DNA of 64,000 nt from Deltaproteobacteria bacterium (lineage in GTDB: Bacteria > Myxococcota > Kuafuiibacteriia > Kuafuiibacteriales > Kuafuiibacteriaceae), in NCBI GenBank assembly GCA_040218735.1, contig JAVJQW010000050.1:340171-404170 (forward strand). The letters run 5' to 3'. The notes beneath the pieces are model-generated. The model saw nothing but the letters and a program-made list of their open reading frames with translations. It made no database searches and was not told the DNA's origin. Below are positions 53,701 to 63,319 of the stretch, piece after piece; position 1 is the first letter of the stretch, and every line of letters starts with the position of its first letter. The translations under genes were made by a program, and so were the position numbers.

Positions 53701-56700
53701 TGCGCCCGGAGCATCTGCGCCGCACGCACACGCGCGATCTTCTTCTCGCTCCCCGGGACGCGCTTCTTCGCCTTCGCGAGGCGCTTCCTGAGCTTCTTGT
53801 CCTTCGCCCCGAACGGCTCCGCCTCGGCGAGCGCTTCGGCGTACGCCTCGGTCGCCGCCTTCGCAGTCGAGAACGCCTCGTCGTCCGCGTCGGCACCGAG
53901 CGCCCCCATCGCGTCGTTCAGCGCGGTCTCCGCCTCGTCGAAGCGCTGCGTCGCCTTCGCCACCGCTGCGGCGTCGCGCTTGCGCACGATCTTCGCGCGG
54001 TGTTTGCCGAGCGCACGACGCTCCCCCGCGAGGCGCTTCGCGTACTTCTTGCTCTTGTCGGCCGCTTCCGCGCCGCCGTCGATCACCTTCTCGAGGTCCG
54101 CCACGGCGTCCTCGGCCGCGGTGTACGCCGACCCCTCGGAGTCGAGACCGAGCGCATCGATCGCCTCGTCGGCTCGCGTCTTCGCCGCGTCGAGCTCCGC
54201 CGCGTGCCGATCCACCGCCACGCCGATCCGGCGCGCCGCGATGCGCTTCTCGAACGCCGCCGCCTTCTTCGAGCGCCCCACGAGCTCCTTCGCGTAGGCC
54301 TTGTTCTTCGCGGAGACGCTCTCGCCGTCCGCGATACGATCCTTTAGACGCCGCACCGCGTCCTCCGCGTCCCCGAACGCACCCTCTTCCGGCGTGCCGT
54401 CCAACGCGCCGACCTTCTCCGCAGCCGCGGCGAACGCCTCCTCCACCGTCGCGCGGTGTTTGTCGGCCTCCAGCTCGACGCGCCGGTTCTCGATCGCCCG
54501 CTGGTAGCCGACGTTCTTCTTCTCCACCGACGCGAGGTACTTCGCGTACTTCTTGTCGTCGGACTTGAACTGCCGCGCCGCGTCCGTCGTGTTCTCCAGG
54601 ACCCGCGCCGCCTCCAGCGCGGCGTCGAAGTCGTCCGCCTTCGGCTCCTCCTGCAGGACCGCCATGCGCGCGTCCATCTGCGCCGTCGCCGCCTCGACGC
54701 GTCGCTTACGGATCAGCTGGCGCTTCGCCGTGATGCCCCGCCGCAGCGAAGCGATCTGCTTGCCGAAGCCCTTGTCCTGCGCCGCGACCTCCTCACTCGA
54801 CTCGATCGTCTTCTTCAGCTGCGACACCGCGACCTCGGCGGCTTGGTAACGCTCGTGCTCCAGCGAGCCTTCGAGCGCCGCGAGGCTCTCGTCGGCCGCC
54901 GACGCCGCCGCTTCGACCTCGCTCTTCTGCTTGGCGACCGCGAGGCCAACGCGCGCGCGCTCGATCTGCGCGCGGTAGCGCTTCGTCTGCTTGGTCAGCC
55001 CGGCGACGTACTTGCCGTGGGACTTGTCCTTCGTCGCGAGCCCGTTCACGGAGGTCAGGACCTCCTCGAGCCCGTCGACCGCGCTGTTCGCCGCTTCGAT
55101 CGGCTGCTGGTTCTCGGCCTCGTCGAGCGCTTCGACCGCGGCCTCGGCGGACGACGCCGCCTCGTCGACGCGCGCGCGGTGGGCCGCGACCGCAACCTCG
55201 ACCCGCCGCCCCTCGATGCGCCGCTTGAACGGCCCGACCGCCGCCGAGAACGCCTTCAGCTTCTTGGCGTACGCCTTCGACTTGCCGCCGATCTCGGCGC
55301 CGTCCTGCACCGCGCGGTCGTAGGCCTCGACCAGATCGAGCGCGTTGTCGAAGTCACCCGCCTTGGGCTCCTCGTCGAGCGAAGCGATCTTCTCTTCCAC
55401 AGCCGTGCGCGCCGCCGCGACCTTCTCCTCGTGGTTCGCGATCGCGACCTCGGCGCGCCGCGCTTCGATGCGCCGACGTTGCCCGCCGATCTTCTTCGAC
55501 AGCTTCGCGAGGTGCACGCGGTGCGCCTTCGACTTCTCCGCGACGGACTCCCCGTCCGCGATGGTTTCCTTCAGGCGATCGACCGCCGCCGTCGCCGCGG
55601 AGAACGCCGCGTCGCTGCCGTCCTCTTCGAGCCGCTCCAACCCCTTGTCGGCCTCGGCCTCCGCCGCGTCGACCTTCTGCCGGTGCGCCGCGACCTGCAG
55701 CCCGATGCGTTTGTTCGCGATCGCCGCGCGCCGCGCCTTCACGGTGCGATCGGCGCCCGCGAGCGCCGCGAGGTACTTCTTGTCCTTCGTGCTCTTCTGG
55801 CGCGCCGCCTCGATCGTCGTCTCCAAGTCTCGAACGCCCGCCTCGGCGGCGTCGAAGTCCGGCTCCTCGCCGTCGAGCGCCGCGATCCGCTCGTCGAGCG
55901 CCGACTCGGCCGACTGCACGCGCCGCAGACGAATCTGCAGACGGTGGTCTTCGAGCTGCGCCTCTTCCGACGCGACCCGCTTGCCGAAGCCGCGGTCGTT
56001 CGCCGCCGCCTCGGCCGCTGCGTCGAGCGCACGCTTCAGCGCCGAGACCGAGTCCTCCGCCGCGACGTACCGCGCATGCTCGAGTGAACCCACGAGCGCG
56101 CCCAGCTTCTCGTCGACGTCGGCGCGCGCCGCGTCGATCTTCGCCGTCGCGCCCCGCACCTCGAGCGCGGTGCGCTGCTTGCCGATCGCCCGGCGCAGCG
56201 CGCCGGCCTTCTTCGACTGCACGGCCACGTACTTCGCGTGCCCGCGATCCTTCCCGGGCGTCTCCGCGTCGGAGTTGATCGCCTGCTCGTAGGCAGTGAC
56301 CGCCTCGTCGGCCTGGTCGATCGCCTCCGCGTTCGCCTCGTCGTCGAGCTGCGCGACCGCGGAGTCGGCCGCCGTCGCCGCCGCCTCGATGCGCTCGGCG
56401 TGCTTCGAGACGTCGAGCTCCAACCTCCGCTTCGCGATCTGCGCCTTGAACGCCGCGATCGAACGCGACTTCGCTGCGAGGGTCTTCGCGTAGCCCTTGT
56501 CCTTCTCCGCAACCTCCGCGCCGTCCTTCAGCGCGCCGTCGAGCGTGTCGACCGCGTCGAGCGCCGCCGTGAAGTCACTCGCCTTCGGATCTTCCGAGAG
56601 CCCTTCGATGCGCGACGTCACCGTGTTGGTGTCCGCCTCGACACGCGCCGCGTGCTTCGCGACCGCGACCTGGACCCGGCGCGCCGCGATCGTCCGCTCC

Positions 56701-59700
56701 GACGCCGCGACCTTCTTCGACAGCCCCGCGAGGTAGGCGGCGTACTTCTTGTCCTTCGCTGCGACGGACTCGCCGCCGCCGATCTCGTCCTTCACGCGCT
56801 CCGCCGCCGAGGTCGCCGCCGCAAAGGCGCTCTCGTTCGGCTCGCCGTCGAGCGCGGACATCTGCTCTTCGAGCTTCGCGAGCGCCCCGTCCACCTTCGA
56901 CCGGTGCGACGTCACCTCCCGCGTGATCTTCGCCCGCGCGATCGCCGCCTTCTGGCCCGCCACCGTGCGACGGCTCGCCGCGAGGAACTTCGTGTAGCCC
57001 TTGTCCTTCGTGGACTTCGACTCCGCCGCCTCGATCGTCGACTCCATCGTGCGCAGCGCATCCTCGGCGCCGTCGAAGTCGGCCTCCTCGCCGCTGAGAC
57101 CTTCGACCTTGGACGCCAACGCCGCCGTCGCCGCTTCGACGCGGCGCTGACGAATGAGCAGCCGCTCCCCGGGGATGCGCGCTGCGGCCGCGCCGAGCGT
57201 CTTCGCGTAGCCGCGGTCCTTCTCGCCGACCGCAGCGCCGCCTTCGATCGTGCGGTTCAGCGCCGACAGCGCGTCCTCGGCGTCGACGTAACGCTGGTGC
57301 TCGAGCGAACCCTCCAGCGCCGCGAGCTTCTCGTCGGCCGCGGTGCGCGCGGCGTCGAGCTCACGCTGGTGCTCAGCGACCATCTTCGCGACCGTCGCGC
57401 GCTCGATCTGGCCGTTGTACGACGCGAGCTTCTTCTTCATCGCCGCGACGAACGCCGCGTGTTTCCGGTCCTTCTTCAGGAGCTCTTCTTCTTCACCGAG
57501 CACCCGCTCCAGCCCGCCGACCGCGCGCTTCGCGTCGTTGATCGAGCCGTCCTCGGACAGCGCCGCGAGCCGCTCGTTCACGGCTTCGGTCGTCGCGTCG
57601 ATCTTCTGCCGGTGCGCCGCGACCTGCGCGGCCGTGCGCTTGCTCTCGACCTTCGCGCGCGACGGCGCGACGCCCCGCGACAAGACCGCGAGCTCCTTCG
57701 CGTAGCGTTTGTCCTTCGCGCCGACCTCGCCCCCGGACTCGAGGGTCTGCGCGTACGCGTCGACGGCCGACGCGGCCGCGTCGAAGTTCGGCGACTCCCC
57801 GTCCAGCGCGTCGATCGCTTCGGTCATCGCGGTGCTCGCCGCCTCGACCTTCGCGCGGTGCTGCGCCACCGCGACCTCGGTGCGGCGCCGCTCGACCTGC
57901 GCACGGAACGCCGGGAGCTTCTTCTTCGTCCCCGCGAGCTCGGCCGCGTACTTCTTGTCCTTCGCCGAGACCGCCTCGCCGCCGGTCAGCGAGCGCTCCA
58001 GGCCGTCGATCGCCTCCAGCGCCGCGTCGAACGCCGCGGGGGCCGGCTCACCTTCGAGCGCGCCGAGCTTCTCGTCGACCGCGCCCTGCGCCGCCGTCAC
58101 GTCCGCGCGGTGCGCCTCGATCTCCACCTCGACGCCGCGCCGGTCGATCGTCGCGCCGTACGCCGCGACCTGCTTGCTCATCCCCGCGAGGTACGTCTTG
58201 TGCCCGCGGTCCTCGGCCGCCACCGTGTCGACCGCGTCGATCTCGCTCTTCAGCTCCGAGACCGCATCCTTCGCCTTCGAGAAGTCCGACCCCTTCGGCG
58301 ACTCCGCGAGCGCCTCGATCGCCGCGTCGACCTTCGCCTTCGCCGCGTCGACCTTCGCCTGGTGCGCCGCGACCTTCACCTCGACCCGACGACGCTTCGT
58401 CACCGCTTCGAGCTGAGCCGCCGTCTTCTCGGCGCCCGCGACGAACGCGCGGTAACCGCGGTCCTTCGTGTCCATCTTCGCCGCCGCTTCGGTCGTCGAC
58501 CGCAGCGTCTGAATCGCCTCGTCCGCCGCGTAGAAGTCGTCCTCGCTCGGCTCGCCCGAGAGCGCCTCGACCTTCGCCTTCGCCGCCGCGTCCGCCGCCT
58601 CGACCCACTTCTGCTTGATCGTCAGCCGGTGCCCATCGAGGCCCCGCTCCTCCGCGGCGAGCTCTCGCGCGTACCCCGCGTCCTTTTCACCCGCGTCAGC
58701 GCCGGAGGCGATCGCCTTGCGCAGCCCCGACACCGCGTTCTCCGCGGCCTGGTAGAGCGGCTGCTCGAGCTTGCCGTCGAGCGCAGCGAGCTTCTCTTCG
58801 AGGACCTTCTTCGCGGCTTCGAGCTCGGTGCGGTGCTCGGCCACCTCCTTCGCGATCTTCTGTTTGTCGATCGCCGCCGCGTAGCGCGGCAGCGTCCGCT
58901 TCACGCCGGCGACGTACGCCGCGTGTTTCTTGTCGCCGGTCAGCGCCGGGTCCTCGGTGGCGAGCGCCTGCTCGAGCCCCTTCACCGCCTTCTCGGCGGC
59001 GACGATCGTCTCGGAGGTCGGCTCCGCGTTCATCGCTTCGATCTGCGCGTCGACCGCCGACGCCACCGAGTCGATCCGCGCGCGGTGCGTCGCGACCGCG
59101 ACCTCGCTCTGCCGGCGCGCGATCTTCGCGCGGTAGCTCGGCACCCGCTTCGCGAGCGCGGCGAGCGTGCGCTTGTACTTCGCGTCCTTCTCCCCGATCG
59201 ACGCCCCGGCCTCCACGGTCTGCTCGAACGCCGCCACGGCCTCTTCGGCCGCCGAGAACTCCGCGTCCTTCGGCTCCGAGTCGAGCGCGGCGAGCTTCTC
59301 GTCCACCGCCGTCGTCGCCGCCGCGATCTTCTCGTCGTGTTTTGCGATCGCGACCTCGGTGCGACGCGCTTCGATCTGCGCGCGGTATGGCGCGACCTTC
59401 TTGCCGAGCACCGCCAGCTCGACGGTGTACTTCTTGTCGCCGTCGGCGACCGGCTTGCCCTTCTCGAGCGCCGCCTCGTAGCCGTCGACCGCCTTCGTCG
59501 CCGCGTCGAACGCGGACGGCTCGGGCGTCCCCGCGAGCCCTTCCAGCGACGTCGTCACCTGCGCCGTGGCCTCTTCGACCGTCTTTCGGTGCCGCGCGAC
59601 GTCGACCTCGTGCCGGCGGCGCGTAATGGTCGCCTCGTACGTCGCGACCTGCTTCGCGAGCCCCGCGAGCTTCGCCGCGTACGCCTTATCCTTCGCGGCG

Positions 59701-61631
59701 ACGCTCTCGCCGCCCTCGACCTGCGACTTCAGGTTCTTCACCGCCGCGTCGGCCTCGGTGAACGCCGAGTCCTCGGGCTCCCCGTCGAGCGCCGCCATCT
59801 TCTCGGCCGCCGCCGTCGCCGCCGCGTCGACGTCCGACGCGTGCGCGCCGACCTCGACCGCGATCTTCTTCGCTTCGATCTTCCGCTGGTCTGCGGCGAG
59901 CTTCTGCTCCGCCGCCGCGATCGTCCGGCCGTAGGTCCGGTCCTTCGTCTCGTAGCGCTTCGCCGCTTCGATCGTGCTCGCGATCGTGCGCATCGCCTCC
60001 GCGGCGTCGCCGAAGTCCTTGCCGCTCGGCTTGTCGTCGAGCGCCGCGAGCTTCTCGTCACCGACCTTCTGCGCCGCCTCGACCCGCCGCGTGCGGATCG
60101 TCATGCGGTGGCCTTCGAGCCCCGCCTCGGCCGTCGCGAGCTCCCGCGCGTAGCCGCGGTCCGTCTCGGCGACCTCCGCGCCGCCGGCGATCGTCTTCTT
60201 GAGCGCGTCGACCGCCTCCTCGGCGGCCTGGTACTTGCCGTGGTCCAGCGAGCCCTCGAGCGCCGCGAGCGCCTCGTCGACCTTCGTCTTCGCCGCCGTC
60301 AGCTCGGCGCGGTGCAGGTTGACCTTCCGCTGCCCGTCCGCCGCTTCGATCGTCGCGGTGTGGCGCGGAATGGCGCGCTTCGACGACGCGAGGAACGTCG
60401 CGTGGCCGCGGTCCTTCTTCGCGAGCTCGTCACCCTCGGCGATCTTCTTGTCGAGGTCCTCGACCGCGGCCTTCGCAGCCTCGAACGGCGCGGCCTCGGT
60501 GGCCCCCTCCAGGGCGGCGAGCGCGGCGTTTGCCTTCTCGGCCGCCGCCTCGACGGCCTTCTTGTGCTCGGCGACCGCGGCGTCGTCCTTCGCCGACTGG
60601 ATCGAAGCCTTCTGACGCTCGACGGTCTTCTTCGTCGTCGCCGCGAAGCGCGCGTAGCTCTTGTTCGACTTCTCGTAGTCCTCGCCGGTCTTCAGCGCTT
60701 CTTCGACCTTCGCGACGGCCTCGTCCGCCTGCGCGAAGCGGTCGTTCGACTCGTTCGTCGGCAGCCCGTCGACCGCGGCCTGCGCGGCGTCGCGCGCCGT
60801 CTTCACCTGCTCTTCGTGCGCTGCGACCTTCAGCTCGACGGTGCGCGCCTCGATGGCCTCCTTCGCGGAGGCGACGGCCTTCTTCGCGCCGTCCTCGGTC
60901 TTCTTGTAGTCCTTGTCGCCGGCGAACGCGCCGCCGTTGTCGAGCGTGCCCTCGACGTCCTTCACCGCGGTGGACGCCGCGTCGACATCGCCCGGCTCGC
61001 CGCGCTTCATCTTCGCGAGCGCTTCGCTCATCGCGGCGAGTCGTTTTTCGAGCTGGTCCTTCTGCAGCTTGGCGCCGACCTCGGCCCAGCGTTTGTCGAT
61101 CGCCGTCTTCTTGTCGGACGCGAGCGTGCGCGCGGCGTCGGCGGCGCCCTTGTAGCCTTCGTCGGACTCGTGCTCCGAGCCGGCGTCGAGCTGCGTCTCG
61201 ACCTTCTTCACGGCGTCACGCGCGGCGTCGAAGGCGTCGGCGTCCGCGTCGTCGGACTCCGTCGCGGCGGCCTTGGTCTCCAAGTCCGCGGTCGCTTCGC
61301 CCAGCGCTTCCTTCGCGTCCGCGATCTTCTTCTGCCGTTGGGCTTCCTTGATCGCGTCGACGCGCGCCGAGAGGCTTTCGTACTGCTTGGTCAGCTTCGC
61401 GTGCGCGACCTTGTCCGACTTCACCTCCGGTTCGGCGATCGTCTTCTTCGCGTCGGCGAGGAGCGCTTCGGCCTTGTCGACGTCGTGCGCCGCGACCTTT
61501 TGCTCGGCCTCCGTCAGGAGCTTTTCGGCGCGCACCGGCGCGGGGTCACCGGCCGGCCCCTTCGACAACAACGCACAGCCGCTGACGAGCGACAGCGCGA
61601 GTACGGACACCAGGAACTTTTTCGCGATCAA
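50766..61631 (-). CDS. Giant helical-repeat lipoprotein (3621 aa, roughly 43 repeats of 73-84 aa)
   Basis: LVSGC lipobox; recurring KD(K/R).Y...L ... HR..V.AA...V.EKL.AL.GE ... F.AA..AV..L units. Confidence 0.92.
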   Translation of the reverse strand: MIAKKFLVSVLALSLVSGCALLSKGPAGDPAPVRAEKLLTEAEQKVAAHDVDKAEALLADAKKTIAEPEVKSDKVAHAKLTKQYESLSARVDAIKEAQRQKKIADAKEALGEATADLETKAAATESDDADADAFDAARDAVKKVETQLDAGSEHESDEGYKGAADAARTLASDKKTAIDKRWAEVGAKLQKDQLEKRLAAMSEALAKMKRGEPGDVDAASTAVKDVEGTLDNGGAFAGDKDYKKTEDGAKKAVASAKEAIEARTVELKVAAHEEQVKTARDAAQAAVDGLPTNESNDRFAQADEAVAKVEEALKTGEDYEKSNKSYARFAATTKKTVERQKASIQSAKDDAAVAEHKKAVEAAAEKANAALAALEGATEAAPFEAAKAAVEDLDKKIAEGDELAKKDRGHATFLASSKRAIPRHTATIEAADGQRKVNLHRAELTAAKTKVDEALAALEGSLDHGKYQAAEEAVDALKKTIAGGAEVAETDRGYARELATAEAGLEGHRMTIRTRRVEAAQKVGDEKLAALDDKPSGKDFGDAAEAMRTIASTIEAAKRYETKDRTYGRTIAAAEQKLAADQRKIEAKKIAVEVGAHASDVDAAATAAAEKMAALDGEPEDSAFTEADAAVKNLKSQVEGGESVAAKDKAYAAKLAGLAKQVATYEATITRRRHEVDVARHRKTVEEATAQVTTSLEGLAGTPEPSAFDAATKAVDGYEAALEKGKPVADGDKKYTVELAVLGKKVAPYRAQIEARRTEVAIAKHDEKIAAATTAVDEKLAALDSEPKDAEFSAAEEAVAAFEQTVEAGASIGEKDAKYKRTLAALAKRVPSYRAKIARRQSEVAVATHRARIDSVASAVDAQIEAMNAEPTSETIVAAEKAVKGLEQALATEDPALTGDKKHAAYVAGVKRTLPRYAAAIDKQKIAKEVAEHRTELEAAKKVLEEKLAALDGKLEQPLYQAAENAVSGLRKAIASGADAGEKDAGYARELAAEERGLDGHRLTIKQKWVEAADAAAKAKVEALSGEPSEDDFYAADEAIQTLRSTTEAAAKMDTKDRGYRAFVAGAEKTAAQLEAVTKRRRVEVKVAAHQAKVDAAKAKVDAAIEALAESPKGSDFSKAKDAVSELKSEIDAVDTVAAEDRGHKTYLAGMSKQVAAYGATIDRRGVEVEIEAHRADVTAAQGAVDEKLGALEGEPAPAAFDAALEAIDGLERSLTGGEAVSAKDKKYAAELAGTKKKLPAFRAQVERRRTEVAVAQHRAKVEAASTAMTEAIDALDGESPNFDAAASAVDAYAQTLESGGEVGAKDKRYAKELAVLSRGVAPSRAKVESKRTAAQVAAHRQKIDATTEAVNERLAALSEDGSINDAKRAVGGLERVLGEEEELLKKDRKHAAFVAAMKKKLASYNGQIERATVAKMVAEHQRELDAARTAADEKLAALEGSLEHQRYVDAEDALSALNRTIEGGAAVGEKDRGYAKTLGAAAARIPGERLLIRQRRVEAATAALASKVEGLSGEEADFDGAEDALRTMESTIEAAESKSTKDKGYTKFLAASRRTVAGQKAAIARAKITREVTSHRSKVDGALAKLEEQMSALDGEPNESAFAAATSAAERVKDEIGGGESVAAKDKKYAAYLAGLSKKVAASERTIAARRVQVAVAKHAARVEADTNTVTSRIEGLSEDPKASDFTAALDAVDTLDGALKDGAEVAEKDKGYAKTLAAKSRSIAAFKAQIAKRRLELDVSKHAERIEAAATAADSAVAQLDDEANAEAIDQADEAVTAYEQAINSDAETPGKDRGHAKYVAVQSKKAGALRRAIGKQRTALEVRGATAKIDAARADVDEKLGALVGSLEHARYVAAEDSVSALKRALDAAAEAAANDRGFGKRVASEEAQLEDHRLQIRLRRVQSAESALDERIAALDGEEPDFDAAEAGVRDLETTIEAARQKSTKDKKYLAALAGADRTVKARRAAIANKRIGLQVAAHRQKVDAAEAEADKGLERLEEDGSDAAFSAATAAVDRLKETIADGESVAEKSKAHRVHLAKLSKKIGGQRRRIEARRAEVAIANHEEKVAAARTAVEEKIASLDEEPKAGDFDNALDLVEAYDRAVQDGAEIGGKSKAYAKKLKAFSAAVGPFKRRIEGRRVEVAVAAHRARVDEAASSAEAAVEALDEAENQQPIEAANSAVDGLEEVLTSVNGLATKDKSHGKYVAGLTKQTKRYRAQIERARVGLAVAKQKSEVEAAASAADESLAALEGSLEHERYQAAEVAVSQLKKTIESSEEVAAQDKGFGKQIASLRRGITAKRQLIRKRRVEAATAQMDARMAVLQEEPKADDFDAALEAARVLENTTDAARQFKSDDKKYAKYLASVEKKNVGYQRAIENRRVELEADKHRATVEEAFAAAAEKVGALDGTPEEGAFGDAEDAVRRLKDRIADGESVSAKNKAYAKELVGRSKKAAAFEKRIAARRIGVAVDRHAAELDAAKTRADEAIDALGLDSEGSAYTAAEDAVADLEKVIDGGAEAADKSKKYAKRLAGERRALGKHRAKIVRKRDAAAVAKATQRFDEAETALNDAMGALGADADDEAFSTAKAATEAYAEALAEAEPFGAKDKKLRKRLAKAKKRVPGSEKKIARVRAAQMLRAHAAKLEAASNRVEERVSQLDGEGASVAVQEAERAASDLEEVIQGGIDLATTNKGHRKTLAAYRKRLAGYRAAIGRQKVAGQVAEHRAELEAAQTSAAQAIDATEGQTKYELYRDAESAVSSLKKAAEGGMELGMEDPGYGKELDRITASLPAMRWNIRKNWVEASEADVQSKMQSIPEQPGDGDFAEVAEAIGTFENTVESGKKFEDDSKKYKKYLSAALGRVKKYRRSLDRKRLEGELSGVRAELISARTQAGEAMDALEESPDEDKIDAAERALGDAQRQVDATEPYAKRDKGFKKERARVAGFVKKSRGRVEKLRILAEVAPHRKAIAEAAGQVEERLAALDEDASNAAFSAAEDAVDEYSATVDRGLSAGEKSKKFDKELKKNAAATKRYRRRIARARTQGEIIAHRQELAAARSSLDEKMGALDADEVSESMFKDAKDAADQLEGVVRSGQAIARGDKKYRKELKLAGRFAKTQRLEATKMSIRLDVNAVEARLEGLGGTEAEAYGDARDAVEALDTQLAEARRDAGSDKKLKRYIAKQAKSVKRYKRIIATKQKNAVLDVHRGQVQAAEQAMRDAIGKLDEEASAGDFEMAKTSIEDVLSVVDRGKPLAKKNKKYKKYLAKVRRGANKERKTIAKRRLQPELAEHRSRVEEAQNAVLTRLNEMGAEATADDFTTALEAVEDLDKAIDAGKPLAKLSKKHKRFLRAAKKTSAKYKRRIRTERSEIALGPHKQRLNAAQAALQERMADLKTATQMSSFEAASEAADDLAGVLRDGKSLARGKKGYKRRLAKASKELKKARRIIRKKTSNIEKTQVQVAWKAFAPHVRIAKKKPAKLDYDAAMEAAERVQDALAANADSKNRKYKKYARSISKKLRSSKGKIEKAKKRREVALQTRALKRAMKSLKKRIKKLRRGGQEELDAADQALSTLERVLEEGEPIEASSKKYRRLSKKGKKSLKRGRKKYDRAQARASNS

Positions 61632-61738
61632 AGCCCGTGACGACTAGCACGGTGTTCCAGGGTTTGACGGCGTACGTCCGACCGATGCGGTGGCCTCGGT
61701 ACGACGAATGACCTAGGGGTGAAGACCTGAGGAGGGGA

Positions 61739-61812
61739 CGCAGATATCAGGATTCGAACCTGAGGCCTCTGGCTTCGGAGGCCAGCGCTCTATCCAGCTG
61801 AGCTATATCTGC
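61739..61812 (-). tRNA. tRNA-Arg (anticodon CCG), CCA not encoded
   Basis: GCAGATA/TATCTGC acceptor stem, TAGCTCAGCTGGATAGAGC D-arm, CTGGC-CTCCGAA-GCCAG anticodon arm, GGTTCGAATCC T-arm. Confidence 0.97.
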
Positions 61813-61898
61813 AAACAGGGGAAGCGGCATAACAAGCTCGCCCGTCCAGAGCAACCGCGAAGTTGCCACAGGCGGGCCCCAATGGTGTGATTCGGCGC

Positions 61899-63035
61899 AT
61901 GAAGCAGGCGCGCTGGGCACTGGTGACGACCCTCGGCTGGGCGGTGACGGCCGCCGTGGGTTGCCCGAAGTCCGAGGAGTCGAAACCCAAGCCCGAGCCA
62001 ACCGCCGCGGCCCAGCCGGACCAGCCGGCGAGCGCGTCGAGTATGCCCGCCGATCACGATACTTCGTCGGTCGCCGTCGGCCTGCAGGACCTCTTCAAGA
62101 TGCCGAAAGTCGAGGGTGATGTCGTCGCGAAGGTCGAGGACCTGACGGTCGAGAAGACGGCGCTCGAAGCACGGCTGCGCAACATCCAGGTGCAGCTGAC
62201 GTCGTCCGGTTTCCCACAGGGGCTCACGCGGTACGACGTGCTCGACGGCGCGCTCGACGACCTGATCGACGAGAAGCTCGAGATCATCCTCGCGGAGAAG
62301 TTGGGTGCGAAGGTCGATCCGAAAGAGGTCGACGCCTTCCTCGCGAACCTCGAGGAGCGCATGGCCGCCAACCCCGCGTTCAAGACGTTCCTCCTGCGCG
62401 CCGGCAAGGACGAGAAGCAACGGAAGCTCGACGCCGTCGACTCCGTACGCCGCCGCGCGATCGTCGCGAAGATCCGCGTCGAGGCGGAGAAGGAGATCGA
62501 GGAGGCCGCGCGTGACTACTACAAGCGCCACGAGCGTGACTTCACGCAGCGCGGCGGCGTCGCCACCTGGCGCATCATGATCAAGGCGCCGCGCGGCATG
62601 GAGCAACGCTCCCGTGACGCCGCGCGTGCGCGCGCCGAGAGCATCCACGCCAAGGCGATGAAGAGCCCGGACGACTTCGAGAACCTCGCGCGCACGCACT
62701 CCGAAGGCGGCAAGCGCAACGAAGGCGGCTTCATCGGCTACGTCGGCGAGAAGCAGTTCAACGAGAAGTTCACAAAGGTCGTCTACGCCGGCAAGCCCGG
62801 TGAGGTGCTGCCGCTGTACGAGGACGCGCGCGGGTTCCAGGTCCTGAAGGTCGGCAAGCGCCGACCGACGCGCCTCATCCCATTCGAGGAGAAGCGCGGC
62901 GAGATCATGGAGAACGTCTACGGGACGGTGATCCGCCAGCAGATCCGCAAACGCCTCGACAAACTCCGCGCCGAGCACAAGATCGAGATCCTCGTGCCCG
63001 AGTACCACGAGCTCGCGAAGAAGCTCTCCAACTGA
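61899..63035 (+). CDS. PpiC/parvulin peptidyl-prolyl isomerase, SurA/PrsA-like lipoprotein
   Basis: AVGC lipobox; VVAKV, LDDLIDEKL, FENLARTHSE, GGFIGY, GFQVLKV, PFEE. Confidence 0.88.
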   Translation: MKQARWALVTTLGWAVTAAVGCPKSEESKPKPEPTAAAQPDQPASASSMPADHDTSSVAVGLQDLFKMPKVEGDVVAKVEDLTVEKTALEARLRNIQVQLTSSGFPQGLTRYDVLDGALDDLIDEKLEIILAEKLGAKVDPKEVDAFLANLEERMAANPAFKTFLLRAGKDEKQRKLDAVDSVRRRAIVAKIRVEAEKEIEEAARDYYKRHERDFTQRGGVATWRIMIKAPRGMEQRSRDAARARAESIHAKAMKSPDDFENLARTHSEGGKRNEGGFIGYVGEKQFNEKFTKVVYAGKPGEVLPLYEDARGFQVLKVGKRRPTRLIPFEEKRGEIMENVYGTVIRQQIRKRLDKLRAEHKIEILVPEYHELAKKLSN

Positions 63036-63319
63036 CTAGGCCGAATCCCGGCACGAATGCGGCGGGCCTGAGGACTGTGCCAAGCCGTCCCGTGCAGCGG
63101 GCCTGCCTCGAGCCCCCATCAGGCGGCGAGGGGCGCCTCGACGTAGGGCAGCGCGCCGGCGCCGCGGAGCGATTCGTCCCTCGTGCGCCGTTTCGCCGGG
63201 CTGGTGAAGGCGGGGGTCAGCGGACCGCAGTGCTCCGAAGGAGGCCCGCACTCTCGAACGACGCCTGGCATCGCTCTCACGAACTGCCCTCCGCGCGTGC
63301 CGGTGGCGTCGGATGCGGG

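Noticed and set aside
50766-61631. CRISPR array, or phage tape-measure protein
   Set aside because: The repeats are degenerate and protein-level inside one ORF with a lipobox; no cas or phage genes nearby.
61739-61812. tRNA-Arg as the integration site of an island carrying the surface-protein genes
   Set aside because: No integrase, no duplicated tRNA 3' end noticed and no obvious compositional shift.
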